A stretch of DNA of 34,026 nucleotides from Basidiobolus meristosporus CBS 931.73 (Eukaryota > Fungi > Basidiobolomycota), in assembly GCA_002104905.1 (NCBI GenBank), contig MCFE01000808.1, positions 1 to 34,026 of the forward strand, written 5' to 3'. The translations under genes and the position numbers were made by a program. Positions 11,091 to 20,755 of the stretch are shown piece after piece (positions within the stretch are counted from its first letter, which is position 1; each line of letters begins with the position of its first letter). The notes under the pieces were generated by a model that searched no databases, was not told where the DNA came from, and saw only the letters and a program-made list of their open reading frames with translations.

Positions 11091-11466
11091 GCAGATGAGT
11101 AAGTGTTATTAAAATTGGTGGATGATTGTATAAAGGCGGTTTGAATTGATTTGGCGCGATCCGCCTTATTTATCTGATTTTTAATACATTATGGTTAAAT
11201 CTCCATCAATTGCCACATATCCCATCATTATGTTGCAAAAATCATCCGCAAACAATGCCTTGATACTTTTATTGATGCTTTAATCATAGGTCTATAATCA
11301 AATAGGAAATCTGCAATTGATGTGATCTGATCCATGTTAACGTGATCCAAGATGCATCATGCATAATATATGGAGATTTCAACAGTCACGTTAGTTTTCA
11401 TATATATTTCATATAAGACCTGGTTGATGTCAATATACTGCTGTATAAGTATCCAAATCCATTGCT

Positions 11467-12697
11467 ATGGTCCCCATACCAAGCCTCAACTCATCTTTAG
11501 TACAACCCAGACAAAACCCATCCCCCAGCTCACAAGCGCGGTCCGGACCGGAAAAGTCAATGTTGGATCCGTTCGAATTCTCGCCAAATGATTTTAGTAT
11601 GGCCCAAGTGCTATGATGAGCCTTCATACAGATATTTGGGCACTACTGATTAATCTAGCAGAACTAGATACCTCAGAGAGTTGACAAAGATGGAAGAATT
11701 TGAGTAGAAAGCTGTGGCATGAGTTCTACATCAAGATGCCAGCCAATGTATGTAAAAAGATATATAACAAGACAAGTATTGAAATCAAGAATGAGCTGAG
11801 AGTGAGGGGATTTGACGAAGAAGCCGCGCGGGAGCGGTTTTGCGCGCAATTTGCACAGTACGGGCCGGACGCGTCCGTTTGTGCCTCAACTCTGGGAACC
11901 AAAGAGATTTTGAATGAGTTTTTGCCTCAAATGACTAATGTACTACGTGATATATTAGTAGAGCTAAGTGGCTTCCAAGAGCAATATACACAGGACTCAT
12001 CCAGGCAACAGCTCCAAAGTATAGACAGTGGGTAAGTGAATACCTTGAGGAATCAGATGGTGAGCTTCAGGAGGAAGAATACAGACCGCAAGCAACATCA
12101 TCCAGATTGCGCCAGCACGCCTCGCTGGATTCCCCACCATCTCTTGCAACCACAGCGCGCCGGCGCACGTCAGTCCAGAGTACGCCAACACCCTTTACCA
12201 GAACACCCCGCCTTGAGTCAACGCGCGCGCTTCAGAGCAAAACTGCAAGAACTTGCCAAACTGATCATTTAGACACGAGTCCATTGGAGCGGACCAAGTC
12301 ACGTCAACTTGCAGCATCACATCAAACTCAGCCAAGGGCCATCTCAACGCGTCAAGGCACGCCTGCGCATGCCGTTTTGCCAGACCATCAGCAAGTTACT
12401 TCTGGTGAACTGACTGATGATGACCAACATGAAGTGCCTCAACCACCGGAGCCCTTGGCAAGTAAAAGAACACGTCAGCGCATGGCACTACAGGCCGGTT
12501 CAGTTGGTTCAGTTGGAGCAATTCAGCGCGGCCAAGCTGTAGCATCGCACTCATCAACTAGGAGGCAAAATACTGACTACAAATACACAAGTAGCCAAGA
12601 TGATAGTCAGCCAGGAAGTAGTATAGGTGTGCAAAGTGAGTCACTACCAAATGCTTCAGTAGTAATCCCTGTGAGAAAAAAACCCAGGAGAAGATGA
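11467..12697 (+). pseudogene. Accessory (ORF2) gene of the PHIS element, ~410 aa when repaired: folded N-terminal domain, disordered S/T/R-rich tail, C-terminal NLS-like RKKPRRR
   Basis: ATG at 11467. Lesions are 1-nt deletions near 11610 and 12022 and a TGA at 11682-11684, all inferred by comparison with the paralog at 6944-8477. Track ORFs 11700-12035 and 12107-12697 are its pieces. Confidence 0.8.
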
Positions 12698-13219
12698 TGC
12701 AATTGCTTTGAATTGCTCACATTTGTAATGATCCTGACATCCCTTTTTTTTTGGATCAGAATCAAGCCGTTGCAAATCAGTGATCATCAAATTTTTGATA
12801 TAAGTAATATCAAGGTCGTCTCACATTTGAGACAGAACCCCTATAAATAAACACCCTGCATATATATATGTCATCTGTAATACCAGTGCAGCTATTGGAT
12901 CTGTTTTGCACCTACACAATTGCTTGCGTGCTGGCTATGACACCTTGTCCAATCACTAGGATCAGGGATTTACTTGCTCAATGAGCAAAATGGGATATAT
13001 GATGGCAAATCAGGTAGCTTTTTTAGTAGTCAATGAGCCAATTGGGGGCTGCCAGCTTCAGGATACTTTTGGACCAATTAACCACTGAGATACCGTCCAA
13101 TTGGAGTGAGGGTAACCAAAATGGTAAGTATTAGTGTATTTTTTATAGTGTGATACACATTTATTTCCATTTGCATTAAAGAGACATATCCAAATACCGG
13201 ATTTTACCTGCCATAATAG

Positions 13220-13425
13220 CGGTATCCAATTGCGCACGTGATGCAAACATTGCGAGTTGGCGCAATCATCCGTTCCAACCTCATTGTGTCAGATTGTGCC
13301 ATAGTGTGCAAGATTGTCCCGCATAGTGCAAAATTGTCCAAGAACAATCCTTCCTTCTGGTAGCTATAATATTGCGCCCAATCGTTCTTTACAACCGCGG
13401 ATTGTGCCGCACGCCCTGTCACGGT
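13220..13425. repeat. Right subterminal array of ATWGYGCC-like motifs
   Basis: attgcgca, attgcgag, attgtgtc, attgtgcc, atagtgtg, atagtgca, attgcgcc, attgtgcc within about 200 bp; related to the left-end ATAGTGCC. Confidence 0.6.
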
Positions 13426-13426
13426 A

Positions 13427-13441
13427 CAATGGAACAAGTCT
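13427..13441 (-). repeat. Right terminal inverted repeat
   Basis: CAATGGAACAAGTCT, followed by the TSD AAT. Confidence 0.9.
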
Positions 13442-13803
13442 AATAATTCTTATTGTCTATGAAAGGATTAAGTCTGTTTGGGGCTTACAGACTTCATTGG
13501 CAAGAACTGCAGCATTTTTCTTATGCCTCTCTGTCAATGGCTTGGGTAGACTCTTTTCCTGTTACCTTTTCCTTGATCATTGCCAGGCCTTTCACTGCAA
13601 TTTTGTCTGAGTGCTTCTGATGTTGAATTATGCTTTCTCCTTGATAAATGCTACTCTGATAATTCTGTGTTGGTCCGCTTGTCCCTTGCTGACAGTCAGT
13701 GTGCAACCTGATGATTCTTTTCACTTGTTTTGAGTTCTCAGCCCATGCTATGATGGGCGCCTGAAGTAGTTGCTTTTTTTTATAACTGCAAAGTTGATGA
13801 CTG

Positions 13804-14171
13804 TGTTATAAGTCTTGGTATAAGAGTTGTAGAGGAATAGGGAGTTTAGCTAGTATTATATTCACTAAAACTTGAACTGATTTTTATTGAGGTTCCAGCA
13901 GCTCCTTATATACATTTTGCCAGATCAATTGCTGACTAATTGTATATCCTAATGTAGGTTGTGGCTGATGACTCATTTGATTGCATCATCATCACCCAAT
14001 AAGATCCTACTTAATATATCTATTTCTGTCTGATAAGGATCTGCTGATTCATTTGCTGACTAATGCTACTGATTTCATAGATAATACTGATATACTGATA
14101 ACCTAAACATATACTAATTGATTTGACTAAAAACTGATCTAACTCAAACATTCAAGCAGCAGATCATAACA
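13804..14171 (-). repeat. Gypsy 3' LTR
   Basis: tgttataag...cataaca; 6 mismatches to the other LTR by eye. Confidence 0.97.
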
Positions 14172-14180
14172 TTCTCCCCT
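14172..14180 (-). promoter_or_regulatory. Gypsy polypurine tract
   Basis: AGGGGAGAA on the minus strand, abutting the 3' LTR. Confidence 0.85.
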
Positions 14181-14202
14181 ACTAAAGTTGAGAGGGTTCT
14201 CC

Positions 14203-17200
14203 TTAATCTCTTTTCTTGTGATACCAATATCTTGATGGTTCAGTATTATCAGCAAGTCTTGCAAGCTTGAGTCTGTCCCTATGCACTAAGTCTTCCCAGA
14301 TATTGCCTTGTTTGTCCACCAGTTGGTAAGTTGCAAATGGACATTCTCTGATGATCTTGAATGGTCCTGTCCATTGTGGCTCAAACTTCTTCCAAGTGTT
14401 GTTTCTTAGCAATACAAAGTTCCCAACTGTCAATGCTTCTGGTGCTATAGTCTTATCAAATCTCTGCTTCATCTTTTCTGCGCTTTGAGATACTTTGGTC
14501 TGTGCCTCTTGACGTCTTTGTTCCAGTTGCTGGTGTCTACTTGGCTGACTGAGTTCATCTTCTAAGGTGTCTGTAAGCTTTGGTTGTGTGAGATCTCCTG
14601 GAATCCTTGGTTCACATCCATAAACTAAGTAAAATGGTGATTGCTGGGTGGTGTTGTGTACTCTGACTCTGCATGCAAAGAGTGCTTGGTCTATATACTC
14701 ATCCCATCTACTGACAACTCCATTTGCATACTTGGTCAGCATTTTTCCAAATAATCCATTAAACTGCTCAGTGACTCCATTAGTGCTGGGGTGATATGCC
14801 AAGGTTTTCAAGTGTCTGATCTGCTGCATTTCCAGGTAAGCCTCTAATGTCTTTGCCATAAAGTTTGCACCTCTATTGGATAAGATCTCCACAGGGCATC
14901 CAAACTTCATCAGGATCTCATGGTAAATGAAACTTGCAACTTCTTGTTCACTGGCTATTGGTACAGCTTTAGCAACTGGCCATTTAGTGGCATGGTCAAT
15001 AGCTACTAGGATCCAACGGTTGCATTTCCTGGTAGTTGGCAGTCTTCCAATAAAGTCAATTCCCCATCTCTCAAATGGTCTTACAGGCTCCAAAGGGAAG
15101 AGTTTGGCAATTCTTTGTGGCTGGCCTTGATTGATTTGGCAGTTTGGGCATGTTTTCACTAGCTTCTCAATATCTTGTTTCATTCTGGGCCACCATGCTC
15201 TGGCTTTCACAAGGCTATAGGTTCCTTCAATCGCAAGATGTCCATATCCCTTGTGTAGCTTATGTATTAAATCCAGGCAAGCAACATAAGGACAATAGGC
15301 AATAGGGCTTCCATCAACAAGTAGGTAGAGTGTTTCATCCTGTACAACAAATTTGCTGGCTTCATCATGGATTATCTTCTTGATATCTTCATCCACCTCA
15401 TTAGGAATGGCTTGGTCCTCCAAGTACTTTGGTAATAGGCTAGGCCAATCTGATTCATGCACCAAGTTGAGTTGTGTAACTTGAGCTAATCTTGAAAAGG
15501 CATCAGCAACCGTGTTGTTTTTTCCAGGGCAGTAGACAATCTCCAGGTCAAATTGCTGAATGTATTCACTCCATCTTGTCATTCTTCTAGAGAGTACCTT
15601 CTGAGTAAATATATACTTGAGGGAGGCATGATCAGTCTTCACAGTGCATTTGACTCCTTCAATATAGCATCTCCATGTCTTCAAACAGTGTATTATAGCA
15701 AGCATCTCCTTCTCATGGACTGGATTGTTTTGTTCTGCTCAGTTCAGTTTCTTGGATTCAAAGGCAACAGGGTAGTCCTTTCCCTCATGTTCTTGGCTCA
15801 GCACTCCACCAATTGCATAATCTGAAGCATCTGTGCACAGAGTGAACTCTTTTCTGAAGTCTGGTATTCTTAGGCTTGGCAGCTTAGCAAGTTCATTCTT
15901 AAGCGTCTGGAAGGCAGTCTCACAAACTATGTCCCACTTGTAGGTATTGTCTTTCTTGAGGATATCAGTTAAAGGGGCTGCAATACTTGCAAATGACTTG
16001 ACAAATCCCCAATAATAGGAAGCCATTCCAAGGAAGGATCTGAGTTCTGATATGCTATGGGGCTGCTTCAAATTCTTGATAACTTCAACCTTCTTAGGGT
16101 CTAAGGTCACTCCTGTGCTAGTCACTATGTGTCCCAGGTATTCAACATGTTCCTTGAAGAATTCACACTTGGCTAGCTTGCCATATAGCTTGTTCTCTCT
16201 TAGTTTCTTCAAGACCTTTTCAATGTGCACTACGTGATCCTCTTCTGTCTTGCTGTATATCAATATGTCATCCAGGTAGATTATCACAAACTTGTCTAAT
16301 TACTCCTGAAAGACAGTCTGCATCAGCGTCATGAATGTTGCAGGGGCATTAGTGAGGCCAAAACTCATGACTAAGTACTTGTAATGTCCATATCTGGTCC
16401 TAAGTGCTGTCTTAGGAATATCTTCTGGTTTCACCCTAATTTGGTTGTATCCTGACATGAGGTCAATCTTACTGAAAATAGTGGCTCCATTAAGTTGGTC
16501 CAAAAGCTCATCAATCCAAGGTATGGGGTACTTATTCTTGACAGTAACTGAGTTCAGGGCTCTGTAGTCAATGCACATCCCAAGTGTTCCATCCTTCTTT
16601 TTCACAAAAAGCACAGGTGCTCCCCAGGGTGACTTGCTGGGCCTGATGTATCCTTGCTCCAATAGCTGATCAATTTGTCTTTTCATTTCCTCCAATTCCA
16701 ATGGACTCATTCTGTAAGGTGTCTTGCTCACTGGAGGGCTATCTCCTGTGTCAATGGCATGATCCATGTCTCTGACTGGTGGTAGGCTTACAAGCTCATC
16801 TGGAAACACGTCTGAATATTTCTTCAAGAGAGTCTGGCCCTGCTGGGGTGCTGGGGTAGAGGAATCCTCCTGTAATACCGCCATGAGGAACATCTGGGTA
16901 CCTTTTCTAAGTGCTCTACAGAACTGGGTCTTGCTAAGTTCACTTGTCTCACACACACTGGCATTGACCAAGTTGAAATCCAGCCTGGCAGGTAATAGCT
17001 CATAGGTCTTGTTGTCTTTTTGGATCTGAGTAGCATGGGTTCTCCAGTTGATTGATGGATTACAACAAAATAGCCAGGTTTTCCCAAGTACAAGGTCAAA
17101 CTTGCAGTTCCCAAATATATAAGCCTGTAGGTCTTCTTCATAGTCATTGATCTTCATTCTTACTGGCTGGGTAATGCAGTTGATTATGTGGGAGTTCCCA

Positions 17201-18315
17201 TCAGCTGTGGAGACTGAAGTTGATTTGGTAGGTTCCGAGTTGATTCCAGCTTTCAAAGCAAATTGCTCTGACATGTACTCATGCAATGCTCCTGAGTCAA
17301 CCATGATCTTGGCAGGTACTCCATTGATTACTCCATTCAAGTACAATAGCTTCCCTGAGTTTGAAGTCATTTGGGACAAGTACTCTTCTGTCATATGGAA
17401 GGTGAGTTCCAAGTCTTCTTCAAGCTCATCTTCCACATTACTGTGTTCATGGGACTCAATATAGTTGAAGGTTCTTGTTGGCTGGTGTCCATTTCTTCTC
17501 TGAGGGCAGTACTTTGCAATATGTCCCTGCTGGTGGCAATTGAAGCAAAGTCCTCTCTTCTTGCATTCTTCTGAGGAGGGATTCTTCTGCATAGCATCTA
17601 TTTCCATTGGTACTGCTTCTGAATGTCTTCTTTCATAATGATTATAGCCTTTCTGATTAGTCACTGTAGGCTTCCCAACTCCAAACATAGCTGAGTCATA
17701 GTCAATGGCAATCTTGATGGCTTCTTCAATAGTCTGAGGTCTTTGGTAATTGACTTCCTTGCAAGTTCTTTCTTTCAACTCATCAATAAAGTATTCAACT
17801 TGATCCAAGGGGTCCATTCTTTCAATTTGTCCAAGTAGACATCTGTACTCATAGATGTATTCTTGCACCATTCCTTTCTGTCTGAGTGTCTTTAACTTCC
17901 TTCTTAGTAGTGTCTGCTGGTGTGGAGGTTCAAAAGCATCTTGAATTTCCGACACAAACTCATCCCAGGTAGAGATTGTAGAGCATCCCATCATAGTAGC
18001 TGACCTGATCTTGTTGTGGTACCACTGTAAAGCTGCATCTGCCAGGTAAGAAGCTGCATAATGCAACTTGCTCTCTGGAGCAATTCCTTTAGCTTTAAAT
18101 GCTTCTTCAATCTGAAAGAGCCAAGTTCCCAGGTTTTCATTGACTCTGCCATGGTACCGGTTGACCTTCACACTAAAGTTGCTCTTGACAGGGCTTTGCT
18201 GGCTCTGAGCCATGGTAGTCATTCCTTGTTGCTGTTGGCTGAGGATCTGGAGTAACTGTTGCTGTTGGGCCAGGATTTGCTGCATGGCATTCTTCCATTC
18301 TTGATTGTCCGACAT
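14203..18315 (-). pseudogene. gag-pol: Gypsy gag-pol single reading frame (1371 codons) with two in-frame stops
   Basis: Track ORFs 16300-18315, 15739-16287 and 14203-15705 share one frame, with stops at 16300-16302 (FQE*LDKFVIIYLDD) and 15739-15741 (KKLN*AEQN). Motifs: [41 protein letters not shown] integrase, WGIDFIG, WTGPF. No chromodomain. Confidence 0.95.
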
Positions 18316-18362
18316 CTTGAGGGTGGTTTCTTCTTTCTTCAGGAGGGAGGTTTCTGGTTATT

Positions 18363-18372
18363 GCTGCTACCA
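18363..18372 (-). promoter_or_regulatory. Gypsy primer-binding site (tRNA 3' end, probably initiator Met)
   Basis: TGGTAGCAGC, 1 nt after the 5' LTR on the minus strand. Confidence 0.75.
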
Positions 18373-18373
18373 A

Positions 18374-18741
18374 TGTTATAAGTCTTGGTATAAGAGTTGT
18401 AGAGGAATAGGGAGTTTAGCTAGTATTGTATTCACTAAAACTTGAACTGATTTTTATTGAGGTTCCAGCAGCTCCTTATATACATTTTGCCAGATCAATT
18501 GCTGACAAATTGTATTTCCTAATGTAGGTTGTGGCTGATGACTCATTTGATTGCATCATCATCACCCAATAAGATCCTACTTAATATATCTATTTCTGTC
18601 TGATAAGGATCTGCTGATTCATTTGCTGACTAATGCTACTGATTTCATAGATAATACTGATATACTGATAACCTAAACATATACTAATTGATTTGACTAA
18701 AAACTGATCTAACTTAAACATTCAAGTGGCAGATCATAACA
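18374..18741 (-). repeat. Gypsy 5' LTR with TATATAA (18476-18482) and AATAAA (18453-18458) on the minus strand
   Basis: 368-bp direct repeat of 13804-14171. Confidence 0.97.
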
Positions 18742-20079
18742 ACTGCTACTTTCACTGAGTTCTTCTTGAGTGGGGATACACTCTTTCTGTGACAGATGTT
18801 GTTCTGGTGCATCTGTTCTGCCTGCTTTTCCTATATTGGCTCTCTTCCAGCTACCCAGTATCCCTTTGACTCTTGTTTAGTGCTTTTGACCCTGCTTGTA
18901 AAGTGCTCTTAAGGAAGCAGCTAGTTTTTAGCCATTGCACCCTTGTTCCTCCACCTTTAATAGTTTTTGCTACTCATGAAGTTCTATCTTAGCATACCAA
19001 TGTTGCCCCAAAATCTGTTTGCCTGTTTGAGTCCAGGGATATACTCATGGAGTAAGTCAAGCACATTCTGATTTGCCTGAGTCCCTGATGGTCCCAAGAT
19101 ATGCTGGCCTTACAGTGTTGGCTTGCTAGACTTTTAAAGGCCTCTTGAATACCAACCTGCTCTTCATCATTGCACTCAACAGCTTCATGGATATTAGATA
19201 TCTTTTGATTATTAGCCTCCAGTATAAACACTACATTTTTTCCTCCAATGCTGTGATAGGCTTTCTAGGGGCTCTATCTTTGGGCACTGATACTGTGTGT
19301 ATGCTGTTCCACTGCTGCTACATTGGGAAATGGCTCAATGCTTGGCCACAACATTCAGCTACTTCAGTTTTTGCATTGCAGAAAAGATACTGCTTTCTCT
19401 ACCTGGGATATTGATTGCTCTACATGTGTTATCTGCTTATTCTGTATCTGACTATTTCCTGATTTCTCTGGGCCATTGCATCTATCCTATCAGTCACTGC
19501 ATCTAATTGCCTCATCAATGCTTTGGTATGAGTTGACAGAATACTTGCTAATATGGGTGGTGGTGATGTTATTATAGTCACTTGCTGGCCTTCAATTACA
19601 GGTACTGCTTTTGCTACATTCTGATCTGCCTCAGCATTATGGTCAGCTTATGACTCTGCAGTAATTCCAATTGCGTACTTGACTGAGAGCCTGATGAGCT
19701 CACATTAATTCCTTCAGTGAGCACACTGTCCGCAGGGCTTTTTTTGGTTGTAACCCTGCTTATTTCACTGAATGTCAAAGCAAGCTATTGTCCAACTGCT
19801 CTTGTACTCCTGTCAATGGTGGGGTTTAGTTGGGAACCAGACAATTTTGTGTTATATTTTGTGGCATAAGTATGGAGGTAAGTCAAACCAAAGGGGAAGT
19901 AGTGTTACATATATGTAAGTATGTAATGCCACATCTTTATTTATAATGCTTTCTTTAGTGGGTTAACACTGCATCTTAAATTCATGTAGGTACAATGTCT
20001 CAAGTACAGAATTGTGTAAGATTCAAATGAGTATTGAGAAAATATAACAAAATAGTGTTGTGTTGTTAAGTGTCCAACT

Positions 20080-20755
20080 GCTTGCCCCATGGATAAGACT
20101 TCAATGATTCAACACTGTGAGAGAAGTGAAAAAAGACCATGTGGCTATTATGGCAATCCTCTCAGCCATTAAGCATGTTGACTGCATAGGAGGTATTACA
20201 AGAATTGTGGCCAGTGTTTTCCCACACAAGTAATAGTAGATCATTCACCAGTGACTACTGTTCCAACAACATCTTGCTGGCCACTTGATTCTGCAATACA
20301 ACAACTGGATGTACTTGTCACCTTGCACAAACTGAGTCAGGTGAGTTTGTGAAGTCTTTAGGCTTGCCTCACCTTTCTAAATATGGTATGCAGAGTGATA
20401 GCTCCAAAGAAGCAGACTCACTGATGAATTGTGAGCCTATCTTCCCTAACAACAGTACCCCGCATAGGCCTGACAAAATCCCATAATGCAACAAGACAAC
20501 ACCAGTGGAGTAAATGCCAAAAATACTCTATGGAGCCAAGTGAGCCCAGTAGTCAATCTACTAGTGAATAATGTGATGTTGTGGCCAGAGAAGTGGCATG
20601 TTTCCACTACTATTAGTGATAAGGGCATTGAGCATATACTACTACTTCTTGACATAATCATACTGGGATGCAACTTCCCATGCACATGGTGTAAATGCAT
20701 AACTGTCATGCACCTGACAAAATATGTTTACCCTACCACAAATATTGAACAGTTT
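20080..20755 (+). pseudogene. Probable N-terminal remnant of a CACTA-like transposase
   Basis: CGYYGNPLS..LHRRYY and WHVSTTISDKGIEHILLLL..FPCTWCKCITVM resemble the xxSDxxxxxLLxxL..FPxSxYKxxKxL region of CACTA transposases. The match is weak. Confidence 0.45.

Larger units (their letters stand above)
10040..13441. mobile_element. Complete PHIS-superfamily (PIF/Harbinger-ISL2EU group, Pangu-like) DNA transposon, 3402 bp
   Basis: TIRs AGACTTGTTCTGTTG and CAATGGAACAAGTCT; 3-bp TSD AAT (10037-10039 and 13442-13444); DDE_Tnp_4-type transposase (minus) and a divergent accessory ORF (plus). Confidence 0.9.
13804..18741 (-). mobile_element. Full-length Ty3/Gypsy LTR retrotransposon
   Basis: Two 368-bp TG...CA LTRs; 4-bp TSD ACTG (13800-13803 and 18742-18745); PBS and PPT present; domain order gag-PR-RT-RH-IN. 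Confidence 0.97.
9165..19800 (-). pseudogene. ORF-B copy split into 9165-10039, 13442-13803 and 18742-19800 by the PHIS and Gypsy insertions
   Basis: The reverse complement of the three segments aligns in order with 1-2030. Removing each insertion plus one TSD copy rejoins the homology (ttctagtc-AAT-aattcttattgtc vs the reverse complement of 1110-1150). Confidence 0.75.

Noticed and set aside
11370-11627. Track ORFs 11370-11591 (+) and 11430-11627 (-) as separate genes
   Set aside because: Synonymous differences between the two copies favour the frame starting at ATG 11467.
12032-12105. GTAAGT donor with in-frame AG acceptors (12084, 12105) suggesting an intron in ORF2
   Set aside because: The paralog has one extra base just upstream and reads straight through into the acidic segment (EYLEESDGELQEEE). 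A 1-nt deletion explains the frame change, and GTAAGT simply encodes V-S.
12818-12846. Hairpin plus CTAT as a Helitron 3' end
   Set aside because: Not CTRR; homology between copies continues well beyond it to a proper TIR, and there is no Rep/helicase.
13220-13425. Short repeated motifs as a CRISPR-like or satellite array
   Set aside because: Units are ~8 bp, degenerate and irregularly spaced next to a TIR, which fits subterminal transposon repeats.
14203-14300. Chromodomain at the end of the Gypsy integrase
   Set aside because: The ORF ends about 20 residues after VHRDRLK, with no YLVKW-type motif.
14927-18255. Short plus-strand ORFs over the Gypsy (and minus-strand ORFs over the Copia copies)
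   Set aside because: Antisense shadows of gag-pol with no independent motifs.
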